Below, one piece after another: positions 26,701 through 41,293 of a DNA stretch of 64,000 nt; the stretch's first letter is position 1, and each line of letters opens with the position of its first letter. The stretch is from Chrysomallon squamiferum (taxonomy: Eukaryota; Animalia; Mollusca). The stretch lies in assembly GCA_012295275.1 (NCBI GenBank), contig CM022670.1:36952001-37016000 (forward strand), in the 5' to 3' direction. The position numbers and the translations under genes were made by a program. Under the pieces are notes generated by a model that was not told where the DNA came from, searched no databases, and saw nothing but the letters and a program-made list of their open reading frames with translations.

Positions 26701-29700
26701 TTGTGACGTGAATTTGTGTTCATATTTTTATTTTTTAATTCTTAATTTTGTAATTATTTTTGTTATTTATGCAAGAAAATAATTAATTTCCTAACAAAAT
26801 AACTTTTCAAGAAATGGAACTATTGACCTGAACAACATTATTCACTGAAAAAGATTTGTTTTTTCTATGAACAATTTCTGCTGTATTTTTCTTGTTAAAG
26901 GAAACAGAAAAGGTAAATAATTTTTTGTTTTTCTCAATAAAACTCAATATTACTTTCCTAAAGATATCTTGAAGTCTCTCATTAATTTAGGAAGCAGACT
27001 GAAAGGTGATTAAAAACATGACCTAACCTGGATTATATACAGGTCAGCTTGTAAGACTTACTTACAAATGCTGGATTCTGTACACAACTAGGGTCTTAGA
27101 TTTTGTCTTGAAGCATTTAAAACTTCACCTGTAGAGAGTTTGTACATTGATACACACTAACCTATTTACTTAGCTATATCTCTGCAGTAGTACTTTTGGC
27201 CTTCCTATAAGGCAGTTTTATCTGCTTTCAGCATTGATTTCTCTGACATTCTGGAAACACATTCATATTTTGTTTTACCATCTTGGTGTATCAAACCACT
27301 GAAGATTGTGCCAATTTTGTGCAAAAAAAGATTGAATAGATGCATCTACATACCAGCAACTTTCCATGAAAATTTGAGACAGGTACTGTGACTTCATTTC
27401 TGTTTATTCAGATGAATCATAGGATGGGAATTCCATGTCATGTGCAATAGTTTTTCATTCAGACACTGAAATTTCCATGAGAGCATCTGTATTCACTGAC
27501 AAGTTAAATCTTTTAAATCCTGAAACAAATAAAAAAGGCATCCTTTTTTTCCCACTCACTTTTCTCTCTAATATCACCAAGCTTTACAACATATACAAAA
27601 ATTTTACTTGAATAAAGAGATTATTTTTTGTTGGGTACCAGGTCATGTTCGCATAATGGGTGATGAAGTCTGCTTTGGATTTTCAATGTGCTGAAGTTGG
27701 TGTTCCTTTTACTGATTTTAAGCATCTTATGAGCCAGTATCACTGAAATTGTCTTGTGTTGTGCCTGCATCAGTCATATTCATTTGAGTCATTCACATAT
27801 TTCAATGAAAGATCTTCCACCTCAGTGTGGGCATGTCAGTGTATTTTGACAGTTTGTCATATTTTGTTTGAATGTTTAAATTCCACGCAATTTTTTTTAC
27901 TTTAAAGAAAACATTTTTTTTGTGTGCTATATTTCAATTAAATATGATACATGTATTTATAAACTTTTGAAATATTTATAATATTTCATGAATATTTCAG
28001 ATTTTCATACCTGTGGCACCCAGTAGCTAATCTGTATTCTGTTTTCTATGCTCGGATCCCATTAAACATTCATTTATTCTTTTTTATTCTTAACAAATTA
28101 CTAAAATTGAAATAAATCATGAAAAATATTTAAAAGTCAGTTTTTTAATTTCATTTTTGTCCTGCAATAAAAATTACCCATAATTAACTGCCATATTTTT
28201 CAAGAATGTATCATATTTTTAGCAATAATTTTCTCTTGAATGATCTTCTTGAGTGTTAAAAAAGAAATAGGGGGAAAAAAAGTAACATGCTAAAATGTTG
28301 CTTGATATAGATAATGGCACCCATAATTTAATCTTGGAACAATAACTGTCAGTTCTTTATATTTTTTATTTTTTTTTACTTATGGTTTATAAATTATAGG
28401 TTTTTTTACCATAAGAAAGTCACAAATGTGTAAACAAATTTTTTTATCTCTATTCCACCAAAAGTTATGGCTTATAATTTTCTCCAGTTGTTCAGCAAAA
28501 AAACCCACAAAAAAACAAAAACAAACAAAACAACAGTTGGAGAAAATGCTGGTTTTTGCAAGCTCACGTCTTTTCACAGATTTATACCCAGAAGCATAAA
28601 AATGCACCAATTTCAAGCATGTAACATATAGATAGTGTTTAATTTATTCCAGATTCATCCTTTGCTCACCAAAATTGACTTTTAAGCCTCCAAATTATAC
28701 TTGATTGGGGATTTTCTTTTTTGTGAAAAGATGGAGAATTTTCAGTTCTGAAGCTCGTTTTCTAAGATTCCAGAACAAAATTTTGTTTGATTTTAAAAAA
28801 ATGAAAATATTGTTTTGAAGGGAAATCCATGTTCTTTCAGATTAGATGAATTTTAAGCCTTTTTAAATAAATGGGGAAAATGCTGGAAGATAAAAACAAA
28901 ATCATCCAGTATCAATTATTTTGTCTTTGGGGATTAAGGAAGATGTGAATTAATTGAGGAGAGAAAGGTAGAGCTTGGGGCAACAGCAGTAGCTATATCT
29001 GTTGACAATGTTTCAATGCTCTTTTGAAGAAAAGTATTGCTAAGCCAGAAAAAGATAACAGTTCTCAACTGTTTCAGGCCTTGCAGGCAGCTGTGCAGTG
29101 CAGACACCATTACCCATTTGATATCATAACAGTTATTAAGTGAAAATGCTATGTGAAAAATGACAAAATTTGAATAAATAAAATTATTTATTATTTATTT
29201 TTGACACAGCCATTTAGAAAATGTATATAAAATATTTACTTTTTCAGATACATGTTTCAGGTTTTTTGCAGAAGGAAGTGCATATACACAGATAACATAA
29301 TAATGACATCACCACTATAATAAGTGGTAATATATTATAGAGTTTATTTTTTTTTTAATCACGTACCATTTTTACAGTTTATTATTCCAAATCTGGAATA
29401 TATATATATTTATAAACAAACACTACAAAGTGACAGAAAGAAAACCTTGAAAAAAAATAACTATTCTTTTCATATAATCTTTATATAACTTTTCTATGGT
29501 TTGAAAATATTAAAGTAATTATTTGACATAAAGAAATAAACTAGTACTAGTTTTTATGGTAACAGAAGGGATTATTCCTATCAAGTTCCAATTTTGTAAC
29601 ATAAACAAATTATTATTATTTTTATTTTTGCCACACATTTATCCTTAAATAAAAAAATAAAATTGAAAATGTAATGATTTCATTATAATAGCATGCAGTC

Positions 29701-32700
29701 AAGGAATAACTTTGTTGTTTGGAAATAGCTGATATTATAGTTAAACTATTACAAATTGGCTTCATGCCTAAATAGCCATATCCTATACAGCATATACAAG
29801 ATGTTATCATACAAAATAAATTGATCACAGAATGATCAATATTCTTTCTTATCAAATGTTAGACAGGATTTCTAATCGGTTTGTTTGAATCTGAGTATAT
29901 TCACTTTCTTAATGGAGTACATTACAATAAAGTTTGACTATTAATACGTTACTGATGAGTGTTGTAAAGTGCTTTGTTTATCAGACAATATTCAGCCAGT
30001 CAGGTTAATCATCAGAAAGTAATTTGTTTCAAATTTAAAAACACTTTGTTGAATACTTCCTATGTTTTGTTTAATCTCAATTAGATGAATATAGGTATAG
30101 AAACAATATCTGTATATTATATTAATCTGAACAAGATAAAGACAGGAAAAAGGAAGAAAAAAAAAAAAAAGAAGTTAAAATTATATATGTAATTTAAGAG
30201 GAAAACTCATTTGAATAGCAATAAAGAAAGAAATTGACAGAGAAATTTAAATTACTTAATTTTTTCTTTAATTTTTTTTAAATAACAGGTTATTTATTTT
30301 AGAAGTGTATTTTATATAAGAAATTATTTAGATATAATTATATATGTGGCTTACTTCCCACTTCTAGAATGCAAACAATAAATACCTGTTCTTCTCACCA
30401 CTGGAACATCAAAGAAGCATAATAATAAATTAATATATAAATATTTTTTTATGTTTTTTTTTTTATTTCTTTAAATATACAGCAAAGTTCAAAGGGGCAA
30501 TCCATTAGGTTCTGACAGTGTGCATTCTTTATGATCTAATGCCTTTTAATATCCTTTTATCTAAAGGTTAACACACTGTAAGTCATAAAATCGTCTCGGT
30601 AGTGTTTTTATGCACAGACACTTAATAATCCCACTTAAGATACCATTCAAGAGAACCTTACCTAAGTTTGATTATGTATAGAAAGCTGACTAACGCTGAT
30701 AAATTGGTAAATAAAACTGTATTTAAATAACTAAAATCTTGATAATTAATCTGGAATTGTGACACATGTGATATGTCTGAATTGTGTTTACTTCACTTGT
30801 CAAAACAAATGACATCAACAGACAATATATTTACAACTTACAGACCAACCAGGCACTTTTTAATCTACCTAATTCTAGGTTCTGGACAGTGCATATTTAT
30901 TAATCGTCTGTGCTGTTTATAAAAGCTTTTGATAAAATGAAAAGATTGTTCCTGATCAACATAGGATTTTGTCCCCATCCTAGATTATTGAGATACCAGC
31001 ATGTCAGCATAAATATTTTTTCTAAATTATTCAAACACACCTCAAATACTTAACCATTATACCTTTTAGAAAACACAATCAGAATTCTGGTTTGTTTTCA
31101 CCATGAAAGTACTGGTAAACCCTATGACGTCAAGTTATGGAATGTTAAATCATAAAGAAAAAGAAAACAAAATTTCAGTTAATATCAGTAATTTGTTCAG
31201 TTTTAAAACAAATTTGTTTGATCAGAGAATTGCTACACAGTGCATCTTCAGTGATTGTCTTGCATATTTATATAGATATATATCTTTTTTATTCCATTAT
31301 GCTTAACATACCTAACTTTTATAATATGCTTGTCACTGATTGTGGTCAAATACTCACTTGCTACTTAGCATATATAACAAACATCACATGAAAACATTAA
31401 ATTAGTTTTTCAGTATTTTGCAAATCTTATGGAAATATTAAGATCCTCAAAGAATAATTAAATAAAAATCTTCGTAAAATATTTCTGAAAGAAAAATAAA
31501 TTTTTTATTTTATTTTTATTTATTTATTTTTTTGGTTAATTACTATTTTATAATCATTTTCAGTTTTTCCTGTTTTATACTTAAAAGGAGTTAATATTTC
31601 ATATTTTATTTATTGTTGTAGATGAAAGCAATTACTAATCACTGAAGATTGATTTCACTACTTTTCTTGTCTGTTCAAATGTCTCAAATATATCTACCAT
31701 AGTTCATCATTAAAGTTTAAAATTGTACAGATTTTTAAATATAATATGTCAGAGGTGGTTCTTTAAGTGGGTTTAATTTATCAGTGAGTACCAATAGAAT
31801 ACTTGTCTGGACAAGTACATCCATCATGGTCATTGTTATAGCTTTATTCTGATTGGGCAAGTTTGAAATAAATATTATTAGTTTACTTAGCAACAAACGA
31901 TAGTCCATTAAATGGGTGTATTGTTTAACATATTTATACATCACACTACTTGACTACTGTTATTTAAGCCATACTGTACTGGGCTCAAATTTTTTATATA
32001 AAATAAAAAGCGAAATAAAAGAAATAATCATTACTTGAAAAGACGTGCAGTTGTTGAAAGATTTCAAACAGAATGGAACTTTTTTCAAATTCTTGTAATT
32101 TGAAATTACAGATAATTATTGGTTTATTTGTTCTCCAGAATATGGTAAATAAATCGGTAGCATCATCAGACTGTAGTCCTATTGTGAACACTATTGATCG
32201 GATCAGATGCACTGGGCCGAATCTGAAAAACATTACAAGAAATGCTAAAGCACTGATTGTAAATGGAATACCATCTAATCCCATTCGTCTTAACAAAATT
32301 AACAGAAGTATCTTCACAGGCCTCAATTTAACTGAAATATTTATTAGTTTCACAGATTTAACAGATGTAGACGAAGATTCATTTCAGGATTTAAAACAGC
32401 TCAGAAGAGTTGTTTTGAAAAACAATCAGATTGGAAAAATACACAAAGGAACATTTCATGGTTTGAAATTTCTAGAAATGATAGATCTTTCTGGTAATGA
32501 GTATTGCCATATAGAATCTGGAGCCTTCTCAGGATTGAATTCTTTGAGGCATTTGTATTTGGGAAACATGAAACTGGGATCACTCGATGAATCTTCATTT
32601 CAAGGTTTGAATTCACTTATTGATTTTGATTTACATGGTAATAATTTACAACATCTAACAAACAGTATCATCTCCAGTTTTCCTAAATTACAATCACTGG

Positions 32701-35700
32701 ACCTGACATCAAATAATTTGAAAACTCTTTCTAAAGACTTAAAGCCAGCTTTGACTAGACTACGTCATGTCTCACTGTCAGATAACCCATGGCAGTGTAA
32801 CTGTGATTTAGAATGGATGAAGAATTCTACCAATTTGACTGTTACTGAGAACAGACAGCATTATTTTGATATGATCATTTGTTACGGACCATCCTCTCTT
32901 CGGTATCGCCCTCTGATTGATGTACCTAGATCGGAAATGCCTTGCATTCCACCAAAGATAATACAGTGTGGAGGACCTTATGAAGTGACCGAAGGAAGAA
33001 ATCTTAGATTACATTGTGAAGCAAAAGGAGATCCATTTCCTGACTTCATCTGGAAGTCTCCTTCTGGTTTGAGCATTAACAGCAACAAACAAACAGACAG
33101 ATATGTAACTATGGACAATGGAACATTGCTTATATTGGCTGTAAATTTGCATGTAAATGGTCATTGGACAGTTCTGGCTCATAATAATGCAGGAAATGAC
33201 AGTTCCAGCTTTGAAGTTCATGTACAAAAAAAGAACAACAAAAACAATGAAATTTATCTGATTGCTGGAGGTGTTGGGGCAGGTACTTTGCTTACTGCAG
33301 TTACCATTATAGTATGTTGTTTTTATCACGGAAGTAAAAATAAAATTAGTCCTAGAAATAACAACAATAAGAAGTGAATACTTATTAACTATCATGTTTC
33401 ACAACATTTTTACTTTGATTTAGTATGTTAATTGAATTAATAATTTAAAAAGCAATTTTAAAAACATTCTGTAAATCCTAATTTCAGAAGTTTATGTTTT
33501 TTATGATTGTTTTGAAAATAAGAAATTACTTTTTCTTCTTTTTCCTTTGTGGTTTAATTTACTATTGCAATATTTTATATTACATTTATTACTTAATTCT
33601 AGAAGAGATTATATTTAATAATATAAATAACAATGTATTGTTAATTCAGGAAGATCACACAAATTGAACAATTAGAGATTCATGAATAAAAATATTCAAA
33701 AATATTGTATGTCATAAATAAAGCTAGTGTGATAACACTTTGTCTTTCAACCTGGTTTAATAATTATTAGAAAACTTGTATTTTTAATGCTATTTCAGTT
33801 ATTGAAATTAAAACCAGTTTACAAGTATTTAAAAGTAATTTTCTAAATGGCATGTAATGAAAGTTAAGACATTTTAAAATATTTGAAAATGCTTTAAAAA
33901 AAAAAAATTAGATTTAAACACTTCATTATTAAAATGTTTATATTTTTTAAGTAAGTACACACAAATTACAAATATAGTAAAAACACTTAATGTATTGCTG
34001 AATTAAATGGTTTTTAATTTTTTTTTTTTTCATAAATTATTATTGTTTTATTGTTTTTCCTTGGATACAGTAAATGCCAATATAAATTATTTTGTTTTTG
34101 ATTTGGTTTTGAAGTATTCTCTGATTCATTACAATGTATAATCTTGTTGAATCTTGTTTTAAAAAAAAAAAAAAAATTAAATTTAAAAAAATGAACACTT
34201 AGTACACCTTTCATGTTTTCAATTGTTTAAAAAGTTACATAAAAAAACTGTTTTTATTTATTTTGTTTGAATAAAAAAAAAAATTATTATTATTTTTTGT
34301 ATCTTAAATATTAAGAAAAAATAACCAGATCTTTTTTATTTGTGACTGGAATTTGACTTCTTCATTATTAAAGTCGTCTGTAGCTTTTCTTCTGATTTTG
34401 GCTTGGAACTGTGTGATATATAATTGTGAAACCAACAAATGTGTTGATAGTTTTTGTTTCACAACAGTAGATAACTGATATATCATTTCATACTGAACCA
34501 TGCAGTGGCTTTAACATCACCCCCATTGGATTTTGCTCTAATTTGTTTAATAAGGTTAGGAAAGATTAAATGTCAAATACTTCTTGAAGTACTAAATCAG
34601 TGTTTGTAACACACTAACAACATTTTGATATTTGGTCAAAAAGTTTTGAAGAATTAATTATTTAGATATTTGTTTCTTAGAAGTCTTGGATCACATTCAA
34701 CAAACTTCTATTTGCTTTGGCTTCCAAATTTATCATTACTGTTTAAAGTATAGTTAATGTTGAGATATAATACTATTTGTATGATTTACAACATAGAAAT
34801 ATCTGAATATTTAACATGCTTTCATTTCATTATTAAGCCTTAGGTCTCCATCAAAACTGTCATGGAAACTTAATTAAAAATATTCTAATCAAAAATAAAT
34901 AAATATTTATCTGATAATGAAAGAGCAAACCTGTTTCATTCAAGCATGGCTTACTCTTTTTCAGTGAGCAACAAGGCATTGTTTTTCTGGTCTTTCATAA
35001 GTAATCTGCAGGCACTGGCTTTTATTTTATACTGTTTTAAATATATATATATATATATACAGTGGTACCTGTCTTGTAATGACAACTGTGATGCATAGCA
35101 AAAGTGTCCCTACATTGCAGGTGTCCTGTCATCAGAGAGACAAAAATTACAGACAATGTTTTTAAACATATTTACAATCTTTATTTATGCACCACACCAG
35201 TAACCACAACAAACATTAATTGTGGCTGTCTCCTAAAAACACAACTGCAAACATATCAATTTTATTGATGGATGTAAATAAAACAAATTTTGCAGATCAT
35301 AAAAATTCATAATAAGCTTAAGGTTTATTTATGTTTTTAAAAATATTGCACTTAACATCCAATTAGAGCTCAGATTTGTGCCATCTGGACCATTTTTTTT
35401 TTACCCCCAAAAGTCCACTAAAATGTGGTATTTATAAAGCATAACCATACATGGAATGATGTTGAATGTTTGAACTGGCAAAAGTATGTACCAGATGATT
35501 TGGTGGGCAAGTATTTGGCAATTGGAGCTTGCAGACTCTTGTGATTCAACAAAAAAAACCACTCCCTGCATGCACTGTGCAAATCCAAATGACTATATCT
35601 AAAGCAGTGGAACAATAATTAAAAAATGCTGTCCATGTTCAGTAGGTCTCCATTGATCTAAAGGACGTATCGATTGAAAAACAGTTGGGTCTTGGAAAAG

Positions 35701-38700
35701 TATACATTGTAGGTGACCACATCAATTTGGGAGCCACTAGACAGGTGCCACTGTATATATGTATTATATATAAAATATAACTCTTATTTTGAAAATATTT
35801 ATCAAAACCAATATGAAAATTTGTGTATGTATCATTTTATTATTTATTATAAATGATCTACAAATATTTTATTTTAAGTATTTCTTTTATTTTTGTTCGA
35901 GTGTCAAAGATTGATTTGTTCATTTATTTATTCATTTAATAAAATTTCTCATTTCACATTTGTTCAGTCCATATCTCTTTTTGTTGTGACAGTTAAGCTT
36001 TCATGGCTGGTTATTACTAAAATGTTAAATGATTTATGAAGTGATACAGATTATACTTTAAGCTGGTTTATTTATCACTTTATTAAAAAATATATATATT
36101 TCAGTTCTAGTCCAGACTAGTCTTAATCATCCTGCAGTAACTTTATTTTGATTGGTTAAATTTTTCATACTTATCGTTTACTTCGCTGGTTTTTTAATAG
36201 ATATGTGGGTATGTGATTTCATGTCTGTTTAGGAGAAATAACATAGTTGGAAGTAAAATCAGAACCTCAGAATTTAAGTCTTTAAGAACTAGTATCTTGA
36301 AAAAATTGCTGTATGAATTTTGGAAGACAGTATACAATGGAAAGGTGTTCCTGTTTACTGAAACTTAGGGTTCATTATTTTATTGTTTTCTTTGTCCTTC
36401 AGACAGTGATATTTGAATCATTAGCATCATCAGACTGTAATCCTATTGTGAACACTATTGATCGGATCAGATGCACTGGGCCAAATCTGAAAAACATTAC
36501 AAGAAATGCTAAAGCACTGATTGTAAATGGAATACCATCTAATCCCATTCGTCTTAACAAAATTAACAGAAGTATCTTCACAGGCCTCAATTTAACAGAA
36601 ATATTTATTAGTTTCACAGATTTAACAGATGTAGAAGAAGATTCATTTCAGGATTTAAAACAGCTCAGAAGAATTGTTTTGAGAAACAACCAGATTGGAC
36701 AAATCCACAAAGGAACATTTCATGGTTTGAAATTTTTAGAAATGATTGATCTTTCTGGTAATCAATATTGCAGTATAGAATCTGGAACCTTCTCAGGATT
36801 GAGTTCTTTGAGGCAGTTATACCTGGGAAACATGAAACTAAGATCACTTGATGAATCTACATTTCAGGGTTTGAATTCACTGTTAATGTTAGACTTGCAT
36901 GGAAATAAATTGCAGTCCATTCCAAATAATGTCATTTCCAGTTTTCCTAAATTACAGTTACTGGACCTGAAATCAAACAATCTGAAAACTCTTTCTAAAG
37001 ATTTAAAACCAACTTTGATTAGAATTCATCATCTCTCACTGTCAGATAATCCATGGCAATGTCACTGTGATATGGACTGGATGAAGGAACTTAACAATTT
37101 GACTTTTTTTAGAAACAGAAATCATTATTCTGAAATGATCATTTGTTATGAGCCTATGAATCTGCAATATCGTCCTTTATTTGATGTACCGTCATCAGAA
37201 TTGATCTGTATTCCGCCAAAGATAATTCAGTGTGGAGGACCGTATCATGTGATGGAAGGAAGCAGTCTTGCAATTCACTGTGAAACAAAAGGATTTCCAT
37301 TTCCTGATTTTACTTGGCTGTCTCCATCTGGACTGAGTATTTCCAGTAATAACAAGAAAGACACCAGTGGATTTGTGACCACAGATAATGGAACTCTGGT
37401 CATTTCAGTAGTGACCGTCACCAGCAGAGGTATTTGGAAGGTGTTGGCCAAGAACAGCAGAGGAAACGATAGCTCAGGGTTTGAAGTTAATGTTCAAGCT
37501 GTAACAACTGTAACAACTGTAACAACTGTATCAGCTGTTGAGATAAATACTGGAGAAAAGAAGAAGACAGATGACAATTCTATGATACTGATCGCAGCTG
37601 GAGCTGGGGGAGGTGGTTTTCTTCTTATTGTTACCATAACAGGATGTTGCCTTTACCACCAGAGTAAAAATAATAAAGTAAAGCCTAAAAAAAGAAAGAA
37701 TGGTGCAGGAAAAGGTCGGAAGAAAGGAAAATGAAAATAAACTGGCAAATATTTTTTTGTTTTGTTTTTTAATCTAAAAGTAATTGATGTATAAAGTTGC
37801 TAGTGTCTTCAGATATTTCACAGTTCATTGCTTGATCTGATTTTATAGTTGTTGGAATTAAAATGGATATGCTTTAATCCAATAAAATTGTTTTGGTGAC
37901 TGTAATTTAATGTAGATGACTTAATATAACAATGCAGTTTGTAAATTAAGAATTTCTTTTATTTGTTTATTAAAAATAGAGTGTACAGTGTATTTTTGTG
38001 GATATTTGTCCTTCCATCACATCTTTAAAATTTCTTTGTATGGATATTTTATTAAACCACAACAACAACAACAACAAACAAACAAACAAACAAATAAAAA
38101 TAAATAAATAAATAAATAAAGTTAACAAATGAAACAAAAAAAATCAAAATATAAACAATAAATTTAAATTTTTAAAAATTTTAAAAAAAAAAAGGTCCAG
38201 CCTTCTATATTAATAATAATGATAGTTGTTTAGCAGTATTTTAAATCATACATAACTTGAAAGACTGAATTTTTGCTCTTGGTTGTCATATTTACTAACT
38301 GTAAAAACTTAAAATATTGAAAATAATTAATTTTGACAAAACAAAATCAAAATTAAAAATTGTTGTCAATCCAGTTAATAATTGCTTTGTGTAACTTTAG
38401 GGTTATTGTTTCAAAAACGATTTGTATAATGAATTGATAGGTTTTTTTTATAATAATTGTGAATATCACTGGAATAAGGTATTTTTCTGTCATTGAAAAT
38501 GAACAGTAATAATAATACTAGGCATAAGCAAGAAAATCTTTCTTTAGTATTTTTTATTTAATTTATATTATTGGTATTGTTGTTGTTATTATTATTATTA
38601 TTATTATTATCACCATCATCATCATCATTTTTTTTTTTTTTTTAATTTGGTTCATATATTTAAATTTATTTATTTAAAAATCCTAGTTGCCCTTGCTTTT

Positions 38701-39251
38701 AAAAAAGTGATTAGACTAAGCTTGTTTATATATATATATTATTATTTTTGGATGATGCCATTAAATATATGTAAATAAAATTTTGATTTTTCATTTTACT
38801 ATCTGTTTGATTTTCATACTTTTGAATTTTAATTTCTTTTTTTAAATTATAAAATATTGAATATGTTTCTTTTGGTAACATTAATTCTTTGCATAAATTT
38901 CTAGAGGTTTTTGAAATAATGTTTAGCCTTAAATTGATCTGTATTATTTTACTATTTGGTGTTCTTGTGTTTGCACAATAAATGATAAATTCAGTTATTT
39001 GTTTGTTATTTGGTAACTATTGTTTTAAAACCTCTACTGGTTAAATTTCTATGTTGTTGAGGGGAAAAGATAAATATAATTCATCTAATTATTTGGGTTT
39101 TTTTTTTATATTTTAGATAAATATAATTACATAATGGACACTTTATATAATGTAGGTTTCTTTATTAAAATGAAGTAAATATTTAAGTAAATGAAGCAAA
39201 TATTGAATTAGATGATTTAATTTCTTGTTATTTATATGCAGTGAATATTGA

Positions 39252-39321
<70 letters not shown>

Positions 39322-41104
39322 AGAAAAAGTGAGAGATTGATTGATTGATTCATTGATTGACTGAATACTGTAATCTCCCTTAAAACCACTTGAAGCAAGA
39401 GACTAACTGATGAGATGTCAAAACACCATAGTTCTAGAACCAAAACATTAACAGGACAACATGAGTATTTGAATTGCATAATAAACAATGTTCTTCATTT
39501 TGAAACTGGCTGAGGCACAAAAATGCTTTTGATTTTGAACACTGACCTTGACCATTTACTTTTAATCATAACAGAATCACAAGACTGCTTAGGCATTTTC
39601 ATACTTAAAAACTAATTTTTACTGCATACCATATTCAGATTTACTGATGTTTATTATGAAAGCTCAAGAGGAATCAACAAAAGTATCTAATAATAGTTAA
39701 TGACACTTCAAAAAAAAAAAAAAAAAGTATTAGTCGATGTCTTCTATAATAAAATGAAAAGCAGAGCTTTTATGTAGCTTTAAATTCATTTAAAAATTAA
39801 AAACAATCAGAAAACAATGTTTAAAAGAGTCATTGTGATTTTTATTTTTTTAAACAAATAATAAACATCACTGTTTTTGAAGTATCAGTTTAGGTACACA
39901 TTCTGTATAAGCAAAATCACAATTCTACACAATTATAATGTATATTTTTGAACTATGGCTGTTGATATATTTCAGATACTTAAATCAACTCTGTGTTAAA
40001 AAAAAAATTAAATCGTCTCATAAAATCATTTTTATTTATTAATTTTGTTTCTCATAAATATTTTCTTTTAATTAAAAGTAATTCACTTAATTAAAATTCT
40101 GTACATAAACAACAAATTTCATTAAAAATTCCATATAAATTAATAATAAAAAAGTAATTACTAAAATTTTTATTTAAACATTTATTTAGGGCTGGTTTTA
40201 TATATATATATATATATTTTTTAATAAATATTATCAGAAAAGTAGATTATTGTAAGATTTAATAATGATTATCAGGGAAAACTATAAATAAAATGCAGCA
40301 CTCATTTCAACTCGGATGTGGCTATGACAAGAGCTTAAGTGAGATTTAGAAATAATTATTAGTAACATTTATCATAGAGCTTTCAGTTTCTGACAATTAG
40401 TAGTATTAGGTATGATTATGAGTGCATTTTCTAATTTCTTAGCTTTTTATACAAGTCATTTAAATACACTTTATCTTGTCAGCTGGAGTTTTTATGAGAT
40501 TTTGCAGGGAGTTGTTATGAAATGAATAAACACCTCTTAAAATTTTTTATTAACCTGTATCAGAAGACACATACTTTTAAAAAAATAATAATAATAAAAA
40601 TTCTTTTTTTAACAAAGCCCCTGCTTCTTTGTATTAATTTGAAGCAGAACACACATATTTGTATTTGTTGACAATAACCATAAAATTTCTAAAAATAACT
40701 ACTTGTAATGGGTACAAAATTATATAGAGAATTTTAAAAGTATAATGGTGGTGTTGTGATCATATTTAAGTGTATGTAATGAATATGTAATGAATATGTA
40801 AATTGCCTTTAAGAGTCACTTTTTACTATGTAAGACAGAGTACCTGGTGTAAATATTTGATTAAGACTGTTGACAGAGTAACAGCAACTTACAGTGAATA
40901 ATAATTTTATCTAGTAAAATCTGAAATTCACTTCTAAATAAATAGAAACAGATTCCATGCCTCATCTATAGAGAATGTGTGTGTGTATGTATGTATGTAT
41001 GTGTGTGTTTCAGTATGTACATATTATAATCATAACTTTCGGTTATCTTTTAATACTAACAGTATTGTTTTTCCATTTTATGCATAATAGTAGTAGTGTG
41101 TGTC

Positions 41105-41150
<46 letters not shown>

Positions 41151-41237
41151 TCAGTATGTACATATTATAATCATAACTTTCAGTTATCTTTTAATATTAA
41201 CAGTATTGTTTTTCTATTTTATGCATAATAGTAGTAG

Positions 41238-41293
<56 letters not shown>

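Noticed and set aside
31994-36617. Antisense ORFs 31994-32353 and 36399-36617 with identical peptides
   Set aside because: They are reverse-strand shadows of the near-identical LRR tract, not independent genes.
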